Below, one piece after another: positions 26,201 through 39,370 of a stretch of 64,000 nucleotides of DNA. Origin of the DNA: Takakia lepidozioides (Eukaryota > Plantae > Bryophyta); the NCBI GenBank assembly GCA_030704615.1, contig CM060731.1, forward strand, positions 44,826,001 through 44,890,000, read 5' to 3'. Numbering within the stretch: position 1 is the stretch's first letter; each line of letters begins with the position of its first letter. The position numbers and the translations under genes are program-made. Below the pieces are notes generated by a model. That model was not told where the DNA came from. It worked only from the letters and a program-made list of their open reading frames with translations, and did not search any database.

Positions 26201-28660
26201 GAAATGTGGCAGAATTCGGGGAATAACTTCACTTCTCCAACAGTGGTCTTCCTTCACAAGCTGCAGGCCACAAGAAAGTTGGCTCAGTCATTATCAAGAT
26301 CCCTGGCACAGGAAAGATCTCAGCGGCTCAAAGCCTTGACAAAGTGTCTCACACACTATCAAAAAAGACTGGAAATAGGTGTCACAAACCCTGCCATTAT
26401 GGAAAGATACCTAGCTGCCCAGCGAAATCTGGGGGTCTTGTTGGCTGATTCGGATAAATTCCTGAGATCTAGGGCGGGGGTCAATTGGTCCTTGAAAGGT
26501 GAGAATATGAATTCTTACTTCTTCCAAAAGGCAAAACAAAGGAGGGAAGCCACTTTCATCACCTGCATCGCTGGCCCTAGTGGTCTCAGTATTGACAGTC
26601 CCAAAGAAATGGCTTCAGCAGCGGCTGCGCATTTCGCGGCTCTCTTATCAGCAGGGTAGAAGCTGTTCTAATTAAGCTGAAAAGAAGATTTGCATACTGG
26701 AGTTCACTTCACCTTACGGTGGTTGGGAGAGCCTTGATGGCCAATCAAATACTGCTAGCTTCCTCTTGGTTCACCTCCTCTGTATGGTCACCGGGGGCAT
26801 CCTTCATCAAGAAGCTCAAATCTCTGAGCTGGATGATTTTATCCAGGAGTTCGACAGCTGGTGTGATTTGCAGCAGATGCGCAATCCATAGCTGTTCACG
26901 CCATTCATGGCATGGAAGGAGCTATTTCGGCACCTTGAGGGGCCGCCTATGGACGATTACCACGAGTTCAGGCGAGGACATGAGGCAAAGATTGAGGAGT
27001 GGAGGATGTATTGGTCACCTGACTACGTCTCCATTACTCAAGGCACGACGCGACCAGCAGCTGCATCAGCACCAACATCTCCAACTGCAAGCATCAGTAG
27101 TGGAACAAGTGGTGCCGGTACTTCTGCAGGTGGTACCAGTTCTAAAGGTGCTACCACTCCTCCTGCCATGACTACAACACTCGTACCTGCCTTCAACCCT
27201 GTTGTGGAGTTCTTCGAGGAATTGAGGAGGAACTACCAAGAAGTACGGATGGAAAAGCTACGGAGTTTGCAAGACTTCCAGCGCAAGTTCAATGAGAGCT
27301 TGCGAGAGGCCTACACTCGTATGAGGCGCTTGATAAGTGTGACCCAAGGGGTTACTGAAGCTCAGGCAGTCCTGTTCTGGTATGGAATTTTGGACAAGGA
27401 GCTCAGGAGAAGGGTGCAGGATGCAACCCTGTTACAAGCAGCCCAACCCATATTAGCAGATGTGTTTCTGCTGGCTGAGCGGATTGAGCTCAACATAGCT
27501 TCTTTTGTAGGCCAACAGCAACCAGGGGTGGTGTGTTGGACATGTGGAGGACCCCATGTCAAGAAAGATTGCCCAGAGAGTGGCAAAGGGCCGGCACAAG
27601 CACAACCTCGGAATTTTATCTGGGGTGCCACGGATGCTGCATCTAATAAAAGAGCACTTGTTAGTTGGGCTCAGATCTGCCAGGGAAAAAAACATGGTAG
27701 TCTTGGAGTGCTTGATCCAGAGTCGCAGATAACATCATTGCTGGCTAAATGGGTGCCGAGGGTTTTCACCAACTTATCTAGTCCCTGGAGTAAATTGGTG
27801 AGGCCCCATTTGATGGCAGCGGTGCCTAAAACAAGCCTGTGTTGGCCTCCATCCCTAAGATGGACTGTGCAAGGAGGAAAAACGAACGCAAGACCTGCTG
27901 TTGGATCCAAAGCTTGACAATCGATATGGATTTCCTGGTGTAGGCTCCGTGACTCCCTCTATCAGCTGCAACCCACCTCCTATGATGAAGTAATCAGACA
28001 GCCTCTTTTCGGAAACTTCAACAGGGACTCTGAGACCTTGGTGTACTGTTCTGAAAGATGGTCTCATTGGGAAGCAGCAGGTTGTCGCACATGCTGCAAT
28101 TTTGGAACCAAGATTTTGGTTTGCCTATTTCCATGGAAGCAGCAGCAGCATGGTTCTCCCAGATAAGAGTGGCTTCTGGTTGGGGCACAATTTTGGAAGA
28201 CCTCCCCCCATTTGGACTCAGTTGTTGGCAAATCGACACTTGAGATCTGTTCCTAGATGGCTGGGATTTTCCCAGGCTTCGGAGAAATTCACGCTATATG
28301 CCACATCCATTGATCATAACCACATTTTTGGTACAAGATTCAGTGTGGCAAGTGATGGTATCCCCAACCTTTCGAGCTTCTTGCCAGGTCGGACTGCTAT
28401 GACATTAGAGTATTCTGCTCAATTTCTGGTAAAGCTGATCTCACCCCCCCCCCGCTTGAGCTCCATCTTTACAGTGGCTTCTTCGTTTGGTTCCTATCGG
28501 CTCTTGTCGGTCAATTGCAGTTTGACCCAGGAGAGCAAAAACAATTGCAGTTTGGATGAGCAAAAACAAGGATCACTTCTTCTCTTACACGGTTAAGATA
28601 GGATATTCTCTACTGATGCCCAATCAAACCTTTGACAGGAAATGGTCAAACAAATGGGCT
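23300..28660 (+). mobile_element. Degenerate, internally deleted L1-clade LINE (boundaries approximate)
   Basis: ORF1 with a DUF4283-like segment (GRGFFSIVFSSAEDA) and zinc knuckle CHHCHKDGHVKADC. ORF2 from ATG 25764: APE start SWNIRG..FLQDTK..GGTAIL, YFKLNTAVL, W..KGE.MNSYFF, then post-RT motifs LTVVGRALMANQIL, RNFIWG, VSWAQIC..K..GSLGV. The RT core is missing. Confidence 0.85.
26827..27608 (+). mobile_element. LTR-retrotransposon (probably Ty3/gypsy) gag fragment embedded in the L1 ORF2
   Basis: LDDFIQEFDSWC, FFEELRRNY..LQDFQRKFNESLREAYTRM..FWYGILDKELRRRV (capsid-like) and knuckle CWTCGGPHVKKDC; interrupts L1 between IKKLKSL and RNFIWG. Confidence 0.8.
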
Positions 28661-28685
28661 CACTTTGGTCTAATATGAGAGTATC

Positions 28686-28878
28686 TTGTATTGTAGCCCA
28701 GTGGTAATGGGCACATACCACCTCGGAAGTGGTTGTGGGTTCAATCCACTGATTGGTGTCGCAAAGCTGTCCACCTTCTTGTTGGAAGGTAGTAGTCCTT
28801 CGGGGTCAAGAGACACCATAATTTACACTTCCTTCGGGAGGCGTCATATACGTATATAATATATGTATATATATATCA
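28686..28878 (+). mobile_element. tRNA-derived SINE-like element
   Basis: Pol III A box TAGCCCAGTGG (28694-28704) and B box GGTTCAATCC (28738-28747); D-, anticodon- and T-arm-like stems; structured body; (TA)-rich tail. Confidence 0.65.
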
Positions 28879-30687
28879 TGTTAGTTCTAGAATGTTATTT
28901 GAAGTAAAATGAAAAAAAGAGATAAGGCCAAAAAATTGGAAAATGGAAACACTTTTTAACTGTCTATACTAAAGTGATTCTATACTTATTTTATTTCCAA
29001 TCGCAGAGTTGACGTACGACATTCATCCAATACTAAAACAAGTAGAACGTGTTGAGCTTGAACTTACATTATTTTAATATTAACATTGTATAGAAAATAC
29101 TTGGTGGCAAAAACAAGAGGCCGATCCACATTCATCACCACTAATTAGTCACAATTGTACTCCAATTTTGAAAATAAATATATCGAGGCAGAAGATATTG
29201 GAGCTGCGACCAATGAAACATCACAACCACCAAGTTATGGATATATAGACCTAATGGTTGCGTAAAAAATTGCTCCGTGTGTATCTCTCCCTCGATTGCT
29301 ACATCACATCCTACCATGCATAATATAGAGTTGGAACATTTATCAGTGAGCTGTTTTTCTGTTTGTCACATCCATCGACTCAAGTAAAATGGTTGACTTC
29401 ATCTTAGGCGTATGACATTGTAGATCCACCCCCTTCTAAAGTTTTCTTGGGTACTACAACTATTGCGTTTCGCGATGTCTACCTATTCATTCTACCATTT
29501 CTCCTATTTTGAGTTGGGATTTTTTCTGCTAGACCAATCTATGTTATGTGCCTCAAATCCATCTGGATCACATTCATTTTTCTTTTCTCTATGGACACAA
29601 ACGGTCACGTCTTTTTCTTAAAGCTGCTTACAATTAATAAGCCGCATCACCATATCTTTAGTATTCTCTAGAAGTTGCTTCCTAAAACTGTGGTTTGTTT
29701 GGCCAGAAACAAAATGAAGTATGTTTAGCATGTATTCAATGAACTAGCCAACTTGATTGTGATTGAGGTCATTCTCTTACTTCTACTATTTTGCCATAAA
29801 CATTGTTGGGCATATTAATAGAAACAAGTGAGGGGACCAATTACATATTGATCATCATCAATCAATTCTCAAGAGGATGTAGATTGTTCCATATCTCGTA
29901 TATGAACAACCCCGATTAATATGCTTTGACGTTTAGATAGGTGTGAAAAAATGACAATTATAAGTACTGTACATTTTCAAGCCCAAGACATTCTTTATTT
30001 AAAACTATCATTAGTGAATACATGCATTTATATAAATCCAAGTTAACATTAATTGTACTTGATGTCTCCTTAATACACTAATGAATTGAGTTGATTCTTC
30101 GAACAATGATGATTTCACTGCCACAAGTTACTTGTAGCTGTTTGTGTTCATACTTGTACTACTTCAATAGTATGAGCAATGTGTTAGAATTCAATTCTTT
30201 CAATTAGTAGGTATGGGGAAGAGAGCGGACGGACTAGATTGCACAAGCACACACCAAGCCCCACAATTGTACCATGTTCCCTCGTCATTTACCCTTTCAA
30301 GTTATCAACCGCCCAGTTTCTGCCTTTTGCCAATACCCAGATTGCAAGGCACATTTGCCCGTAACTAGGCTAGTGTGGTTGGGGCTGTCTTCCATACCCT
30401 CTTTACGAGCCTATGCCAATAATAAGTCTCATTGTTGATGTTGCCCTAAACTTGCCGGGTCCAAGAGTTTGCAACAAATTGACCACCATAGTACCCACAA
30501 AATCATCATTTTCAATCACGCCCGGTGAACTTTATGGTGGATCCCTTTGTGGGAGTGACAATCTTTGGGAGCGATAGATTTGATCACAACATGGTCATTG
30601 CATCCCTATAATCTAGTTTGCACTCTTCATAAGCACTTTATGTCATTGACTTCAGGAAACGGAGGTGGACACCTGGTTCTCCAACTT

Positions 30688-31044
30688 TCAACAAATGTTC
30701 TCTAATTGCCACATCTTCCATGGGGAGCTTACATCTGGGGCTGATCCAACAAACATTAGATTTTGTCCCATGGTCATATAGCTGAGGTGGTTTTGTACTG
30801 TGGTATGTGACCACATTCGATTCCCTTGGCAAACATGACAAAAACATCTTTCCAAGACTTCATCTGGTTCCTCTAGTGGTGGTATCCTCCTACTTGTCCT
30901 TACCTCCCCTCTTGAAATGGGTACCACATCCTCATCTAGTTGCAACCTTACAATACTATAATGAATGAGTCCCTTCAAAGACTTTTGCTCATAGTCATAC
31001 CAGGTTCTCCTTGGCAACCAAGAGAAACCATGATGAAAGTGCAT
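30688..31044 (-). mobile_element. Possible CACTA/En-Spm transposase-associated domain relic
   Basis: RCFCHVCQGNRMWSHTTVQNHL resembles the CxCxxCxN...VxxHL motif of the CACTA transposase-associated domain; surrounding sequence decayed. Confidence 0.35.
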
Positions 31045-32479
31045 GCACTTGTACGAGCAACTGCATCACAAAAGTGCGCTCTGCATGCTATTCCATATTT
31101 CACCTAACAAACCCAGTCTCAAGCTGAAATACTTTGTTTTTTGCAAAAGACCAAAATTTTGCCTCCAACTCTTCTACGTGCAGATCAGACATTGCATTCA
31201 AAGAAAATCAAGATGAAGACATACAACAAAGATGATGTTCAGCCCTATAGTCTGGTAATAGTGAGGTCCCATAATGTGTAAATAACTTGAACTGACCACT
31301 ACGTTACTAACTTGAACGTCATTATTATGTTCAAGGGAAATTCTTATTCTACTTAACCCATTACCAGAAGAAAAATTATTCAAAAGCTTAAAAATGAACC
31401 ATGAAACTCACAAGTCAATTTAGAGGATAGTCAAACTGTGATGAGTATGAGACATCGACCCTCACATATGTGAAGATCAGCCAGGAAGGGGGGGGGGGCT
31501 TTCCCATACATGAACACCAAATAGTGTAGGCAATGTAATGTTGAGACCTACAGGTTGAGGGAAGATGTCCATAGTGCAATTTCCACATTTACCAAAGATT
31601 GCTCAGCCGATTCTGAACTTGATGAGCCGAGATGATGGATATTCCTATTGTGGTATTTGGCTAAACTCACTTGAGTGTAAGTTCCATGTCGGAATGAAAT
31701 TAAATGGTATTATAGAACACTTAAAAAGCTTATACAACAAAAGAAATTAGGAGACAGATAGTAGGGCCTCTATAAGCAGTTTGAAAACACCTATTGGATC
31801 ACACTAGATTCCCTGCGATGGGGAAATAAATGAAAGAGACTAGACTACAGAGTGAGAAAAGAGAGTCATTTACGACTCGCATTTTTAAGTTGCACATGAG
31901 CGAATGTAGCAATAGACCTTCATGTGTAGTGCCTCAATTGAGCTTTGGTGCGATGGATTTGAGCTCTGATACTGCTTTGTCCAAAAAGCCAAGAACATGC
32001 TTTAGAATGCAAAAGTGCACAATGCAACAAAACTATAAACTAGACTGTGGAAGTGAGTAGAAACTGGTCATGCGCATGGTAGCTTGAAGGAAGTGCAACG
32101 GTAAATAGAGTTGAAACTTCTGTTTTGGTGTAAGCATGATGAAGCGTAGAAAAGTTCCTCATAAGGCACTTTCTCCACTAGTTTTTCTAAAAATTAATTA
32201 TTTCATTTCAAAGCATGCCAATTCAGTAGATTCACAATTCACAGAAAATGCATAAGCAAATCCAATTTAAGTTAAAAACTAGGGTAACATGAAATGCAAC
32301 AACTTTTGTTTCAATCAATTTAATTCCCCTTGAGTGCCCACAAATGTTCAATGACATCACTCCTCAAATTGAAATGTGTCTCTTGATTTTCAATTTTCTC
32401 TTTTCTCTATATGTATGCTGCGAATGTGAGTCTACATCTATATTGCTCTTACCCTACTTCTGGATTGCTGGCTCTAGAT

Positions 32480-33560
32480 TTAATGCGCTCTCATCTTCAA
32501 GAATCACGTTGTGGAGCACCACACACGCTGCATCAAATTCTCCTCAATGACATCTCTTTTTCCACAACCTGCTAGAACCTGCTAGGGTTTGCTACAATGT
32601 GAAATCCTGATTGCAACACTCCAAAACATCGCTCAACATCCTTTATGACAGATTTTTGTGTATGCGCAAAGTGTTGTTACATCTCTATTCCACAACCTGC
32701 TAGGGTTTTCTACAATGTGAAATCTTGATTGCAACACTCCAAAGCATCGCTCAACATCCTTTCTAACAGATTTTTGTGTGCGCACGAAGTGTTGTTTTTT
32801 CTCCCCTTGTGGCTCACGAATAGTGGACACAAAAATGCTCCACTTCAGATAAATTCCATCAACAAGCAGAGAGTATCTTGGATACATTGTTCCAGTGACA
32901 GTGAAATGTAGGTCATGCCTTGGAGCTTGCAATAAATTATTGGCAATCAATGGAGAACGATCAAACACATTAAAAACATTATTTCCACCTGGAAGTCCAA
33001 AGTACAGATGCCAAATGCGTAAGGATTGATCTGCTAGAGCTTTCAAAATAATTGATTATTTACCATATTTGTCTGTGAATTGCTCCTGCCAAGCAACGGA
33101 ACAATTCTTCCAACTCCAATGCGTGCAATCCAAGGAGCCAAATATCCATCGACATCCCATAGCTGCATTGACTTTCAACTGTTTTTCGTAGTCATGTCTA
33201 GTTGGTCACTTCAAATATACGTTCTCAAAAATTTCTCGGATTGCACGTGCCAATTTCTTCAAACACAAGATTGTAGTACTCTCTGCCAATCGACAATATT
33301 CATCACAAGCATCGACTGCTATGCTGTATGCCATCGTACGCAAGATAGCAGTGATTTTTTGAATAGAACTCAAACCCAAATGGCCAAAAGCATTTGTGGT
33401 TTGCAGAAAGTAGAGATCATGTAGACACACACCATCCAAAATTCTCAAAAACAGAGAATGTCTTCTCTTGTACCTTCGTCGGAATAATCTGTCATTGTAC
33501 ACTGGGTTTTGTGAGAACTAATATGTCCAAATGCGTTCGTGCCTGACCGATCAACATCCC
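32480..33560 (-). pseudogene. PIF/Harbinger transposase relic (plant transposon protein type)
   Basis: FRRRY....LFLRI, GLSSIQKITA.LR.MAY, DEYCRLAESTT, IWH.YFGLPGGNN.FNV..RSPL, L.DGIY.KW, RKDVERCFGVLQSRF; frameshifted. PIF-like TIR motif ccatggagatgttctc near 33791-33806. Confidence 0.85.
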
Positions 33561-34159
33561 CTTTCTTGCCAAGAAGAGATCCACCGTGCCCTCAACCCAG
33601 CCATCAATTGCGCCCTCCAAAGATCCATTTCAACGCCCCAAGATTGTGATTGGGCTTGCCAAGTTGTGATCGAGGCTACCTATGTCAGGTCTTCTACCGT
33701 CCCCGTGGAGTGCCTACCAAACCGCCCCTGTAAAAAATAGCGTCACCCCCTGTAACCAAGGTATATAATGTTGGACGACCCTTGCTCATCCATGGAGATG
33801 TTCTCAATTGTCCAACAGCCCGATGAGGAGGAGCTTAGGAACGCCTAAGTCCACTCACCGGAGTTCGCGGAGCTGTAACATAAAATCACGTCTTCTTAGA
33901 ATCCTGATTCCGGCTGGGAAAAGAGTCTTTGATGAAACGAAGTTAGAGTTTGCTAACTCTATTACGAAATTGATCTGAGCCTTGAAATGGCCGGAGTCAC
34001 TGTCACATATACCTTGATTAGTATATGTAATTGAAGATTTCACGTAGGCCATTGCAATGTAGTTAGACACTTCAATGACTTCCATTGATAATTTCCAAAC
34101 ATGGTCAACACGCTTTTTTGTATTGGTGACAAAATACAATAAAGATTGACATGTTCATG

Positions 34160-35050
34160 CTAGTGATCATGTCTATGTTTTATCGAAAACTGGAGAAGTG
34201 TACTCTGAATCAGTTTTGCTCTCCTACTAGACACTCTCTCACTGTCAGGTCTTCTACAAACAACATTGTCATTCAAATTAGGGTAGTCATTTCCACCTTG
34301 TGTGGGCTCTTCCAATGGTTCTTCTCCACACATCTTGCAGAAGTTGTGCAATGCGGCACATGCCAAGATAATATGAGCTGCATATGGAACTATGAAATTC
34401 AAGTACTTCAACGCTCTCCATCTGTTCTTCAGTTGTCCAAACGATTTTTCTATTCGTACATTTTGCGCAAATTCTATCATATGCGTCCTTGTCCGGGTCT
34501 CCACACCCCCTAGCTGAGTATGCTTTTGTCAAATTGACGAGTAGAAGATAGGCAAAATCTCCTACAATATAAAGATGAATTCGAACTCCCGAAATTGTCA
34601 ACATAAGATGTTGGAGTATTTTTCTACCCATTAATTTGCGATATTGAAGATGCTCGAAAATGTGTTGCATCATGAGTGCCTCTAGGCGCACTAACACACG
34701 CATCCCAAAACATGTAGTCTTGATCACAAACAGCTTGAAGGAGCACACTATGATGATAATGTCTGTTCCAATAGTCCGCTGGCACGTACATCAAGTCTGG
34801 CTTTTCAGCCAACCTAATGTGGGAGCCGTCTATAGCTCTACAAAGATTAGGCAAACATGTAACCTCCAAGGATCCCTATGTAATAGATTCCAATCGTTCT
34901 CCTTCAAGTACGCTAACAAATTGTGAGTACAAAATATCTTTGTTGGATAGACACTCAATGATAAGCTTGGTATACAAGTACACAGTACTACACAGAATAG
35001 ATTGGCCGCGAGCCTATTGGAGTAGCCGAATGCCAGCTTGTGCAAAACAG
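34160..35050 (-). pseudogene. Second Harbinger (HARBI1/DDE_Tnp_4-like) transposase relic
   Basis: AIDGSHI, HSVLLQAVCD, GTHDA, IVGDFAY.L, IEKSFGQLKNRWRAL, IILACAALHNF across three frames. Confidence 0.88.
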
Positions 35051-35859
35051 AGAAATAGTGTTATTTGGCACCCTAGCATACTAGCCCCCAAGCACACATA
35101 TAGATCATTAGATATTGACATAGACATTTACCCTGCTCGGAGGAGTTGAACCTTAGCCCCATAGGACCCTGCCCAAGGCAACATAGGTTCCTGCAGCCCA
35201 CAATTAAACTTGCACCATACTTGCTAAGATCAAGGAATATAGGCCTGCCATACATCGCAAAGAAATGGAAATGTAATTACAATTGCATATAATCATTGGC
35301 AGATATAATTGTTAGAACCTCATGGCCTAAGTTATGTTCAAGATGTCAAGCAAACATTTACACCTGCAAATCTAGGCAAAGGTGCCTAGATTGCATCATG
35401 CATGCGGCAAGAAGCTTTCCAAGTGCGTAGGCAAGTGAGACAACGAGCATCTCCATGGGAAACTGAGGAGGCCCCACAACCCTTAATCCACCCCTCATCT
35501 GCCTCGTCAGATCATCCTCCATGGGACCGCCATGGCCACATCTGTGCTGCCCTGTGGGTCCATTGGCGAGGACCTTTATGAGACCCCCCAATTTTTGGCG
35601 AAAGCTGCCTTATTTGGACGGCTTTTTCCCTTTGTTTCATTGGCCAAGGGGATTTTCAGGCGGCCAAATGGCGAAAAATCGCCAATAAAAAAAACGCTGT
35701 CTATGACCTAGCTGCCGATAGAAAGTCACCTGGAGATGGAATGTTAATGAGGGAGGAAGGCTTGTAACAAGCTTCAGGTTGTAAGTTGTAAGCGACACCA
35801 CCACGGCTGCTTTGAGCTTATGAAACTGGAGGGGCTTTTGGTGCAGGCAGGCCGCAGCA

Positions 35860-38800
35860 TCATTCCATATGAGGCAAGTGGGGGATGGTGCGACAAGCCA
35901 TATTACTCTCGCACGACTGACATCTTGTCGCTATTGCCTGCAGAGTCTGTTGATGTTAATGTGACTGAATCGAACGGCGCACTTGTTGATTCACTACCTC
36001 CTAAGTGCAATTTAAGTGATATCATGGACTAGTTCCAGCACCCATTCAAGTCAGGACGATGACAATTCGACATGCCATTTAAAAGTTGAGTTTTGCCCAC
36101 TTGAGAGTTTGACTTATGTACTGACCATTTGTAAGTGCTCCATTTTAGTGAGTCCAAGAAATGTGGAGCTTGACTTATCCCGCTCCCAGATTTGGATGGA
36201 TTCTAGCTTCTGGAAAGGGAGGCCAGGTAGGTACACTTCTGTCTCTGCAAACTTACCAAAATTTTATCCAAATTGTACAGCACATGTGCAGATGTCACCA
36301 TGTGATGCACAAGGTGGCATGCTTGACTCTTGCATGGAAGCACCAAAATTTAAGAAAGATTATCACACTGTAATTTTCACACGCAGAAAGATATATGCTC
36401 CTAGGTAAGCACTGCAAAACAATGGATGAAGTTGCCAAGCTTTCACAAAATTGAATCTAGACGACCATTTTGGCCGTCCTCGGCTGTTGCAGAATTCAAC
36501 GACACTTTTGATCAGCGGGCACCTGGTGAAAAGTTATAAATCAGCTACTCATATTCTGAAGATGCCTGTTAGATTTCCATCTTCTCGCCAATCCAACAAA
36601 GGGGAAGGGAAAGTGGTAGTTTGCAATTTCACGTGGGAACGTGCTGGCTTGCAAGTCAGTCCCCACAATTTTCCATGGCTAGACCCACCAGTCTAACCAA
36701 GACTCAATTTATCTGACAGTAGCTGCAACCCAATGACACTCATTGCACAAGAGACAATTATAAATGTGTTCCACCAACTCACAGATCAATGTACATTCAA
36801 GAATCCAGACGATGTGCCACCGCTAAGCACTTCACGAAAATGAGGTTTGCATTGCATAGTGATGATCTAACTAAGGTACATTTTGTTTTTCTAAATGCCA
36901 TTCAACAGTGATCCCTTCAAAGAAAAAGAAGAAAAAGAAGAAGAAAAACAGTGGATCTAGGCTAGCCATGGAACAGGCTCGCCTTATTATACCCTCCGGA
37001 GAGAATCTCACATTCTTCCAACATTGCGTTCCCGCGAAAGCTGTCTAGATCATAATATATATTTAATACGGTTGTCTGAGCAACGTGCTCTCCAAATAGA
37101 ACTTGTAGACGCTCTCTAGAGCCGCATCGAATCCCTAAAAGGCCAGGGTCCCACCAGTCTGAGGGTGATTTCTCTTAAACATTACTCATCTGACTCCACC
37201 GACGGCAATCTACACATTTCTCGAAACCTCCATTAAGTTTCATTCCACAGTTTATATTAAATTTGTCATAATTACGATCAAGCATACATACGCTGATCAC
37301 TTCTCTAGAAGTTGTCCAATCCACCGATAGGTATTCACGAATGGCTCTTCAAACCGTGGCACAGGTTAGTGTGTGGGTTTTCCAGGAATTTGAATGGTCA
37401 GCCACATCGTAATGAGGCGGTCGCTTCAGAGATACATAGTACATAGCTTCAGGTTTGTAATTCTCATGAATATATGGAGGTTTGCAAGCACACGGTCGAC
37501 GGATTTGATCTCTGCAGTGCATCTCCAAAACTGAACCAATCATATTACTACTATGACCGGATGCTTTTGCATATCCCACACTCATGGGCAGCGTTGGCCC
37601 GTCTGCAGCAGTGGGCGCCCTCATTACGACGTGGCTACTGAAATTCACAGCCAGCAGGACCTCACCCAATTCTTGAAAGCCTGGCAAGTAGAAGCAATGA
37701 TGCAAGAGCGGCAGAGCCTTTCTCCTTATGTCAGTCTCAGTGTTGTCGTGTGCCACAAAAGTAGCCCAGCCAAAAGGTCTAGGGTCACTCGCTCACGACG
37801 TGCGAGTTGAGCACGTCCAGCAGCACTCATGTTCCCAAATAGCCGCCATCTTCACTTGTGCTCTGTGTCATCCCTCTCCTCAATACCTTCTGTTCCTCGC
37901 TCTTCGGCCTTCATCACACACTTTTACAACCACCACACAAAGACTTCTTCCACCGATATTAAGGGGACTGTGATGAGAATTGGGAATCCGAGTCTATTTT
38001 TGTCCTCGCCAACTCAAGTTAGCTATGGCTGACGCAAGCAGTAAAAAGATCAGGGTACACATTGTCAGATACCCTACACACATGGGTATAGGTCTTAACT
38101 CGGACGGTACATTTTCAACAGATACGAAAGAAGTACACTGACCAGTGACATGACACATGACATCGCCTGTACAAGTCGCCCGCCCAAACGACTGCAATCT
38201 CCCTACAGGTGGGATTTCATAGTCTGTAAATGATCCCCTGTACATCACGAAGCTTCTAGATAAAGGTACCGTCCATTAGAGGATTCTTCATCTCCTCGGC
38301 CGTCCATCACATAAGTGGCTAGCAACCCTTCAAAAATTATTGGGTTATTGAAGACTTCGGTCTGTTGCACTCTTCCCTGAAGTATCTGCCAGGCAATGCT
38401 GCACATGGTGATGCCCGGTTCACCCGCATATCGACCCATCTTGGAAGAACTTGTGTATGGTGGCCCCGAAGCTCTGTCAGCTAATAATATTAGTCAGCGT
38501 GTCCTTTTGGAGCTCTACCTTCTCTGTCAGAAGCACCTGCGTGATTCATCTTTTTCTCCTCATGATGGAGGTTGATACAGTGGCCAGCCCGAACATAATT
38601 AAGTCTAAGAAATCCAGTAACTAGTGCGTGCAACTTGGTTTAAGCCATGATGCGCGGTATAATGTCTGCTGAAACTAGCGAAGGAGAACTAATCAACGAA
38701 AGTGAAGTTGTGAAGACGTTTTGGCAGGCTTGACGTGCCTCCAGTTGATTTCGTACAAAGTTCGAAAGTATAACCCCATCTCTCGATTGGATGCAACTAT

Positions 38801-39370
38801 CTAAGCACTTCCCAACTGGTATTTATTCATGGAAATTTCTCAAGTCTGAGGTACTTGGCAGCTTCATCAGGTCCCCGCTTTCGCTCTGCGTCTCCAAAAG
38901 TGCTGGCATCAGTCTCAGCCATGACGGTGGAGATCCTCCCGGGCAATGGTTGAATTAGCTTCGACTGTACATACAATCATTCAAACAATGTGGAAACTAT
39001 TTAAAAGAGTGAGGTCATGAGGCCCAGGGTCGAGAAGGCAGTGTATAAGTGTGTGCGCACTTGCACTTATACGTCCACATTGTTCAACGCTACACATGCA
39101 TGTACAGTCGACTGTTGCACTTATACTATAAGCACTGGCGTGGATGCAGCTCTTTGGATCTTTAAAGGGGTACCACTTGTTCATTATGAATCCACCATAC
39201 CTCACTGCTCAAGAGCTGGACACAAAAAGTGAAACGTGGAATTGAAGCACTCTAGAAGCAATTCACATTTGAGAGATCTTGAGCATCCTGTTTCTTTTGG
39301 CCCGAACGCTGTTGACACGAATCATCGGTCCTGCGGCGGACACAAAATTCCTTCTTAACTGCCCTGCGGG
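35860..39370 (+). repeat. Diverged duplicate of 44540-49270, including a pseudogenised copy of the receptor-kinase first exon
   Basis: Collinear shared blocks, e.g. ggcaagtgggggatgg, atcttgtcgctattgc, atcatggactagttccag, tgttccaccaactcac, tcactcgctcacgac, ctctaccttctctgtcagaagcacct, cagtcgactgttgcacttatac; the ATG of exon 1 reads ATT at ~38825. Confidence 0.85.

Noticed and set aside
28686-28756. Functional tRNA-Pro(CGG) gene
   Set aside because: No acceptor stem, wrong arm spacing and no resemblance to plant tRNA-Pro; treated as a SINE head
31958-31975. gctctgatact resembling a reverse tRNA-Met primer-binding site
   Set aside because: Imperfect match with no identifiable LTR or gag/pol next to it
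35586-35699. ggcg-rich stretch ending aaaaaaacgctg, like one end of a hAT-type element
   Set aside because: No matching opposite TIR or TSD found in the window
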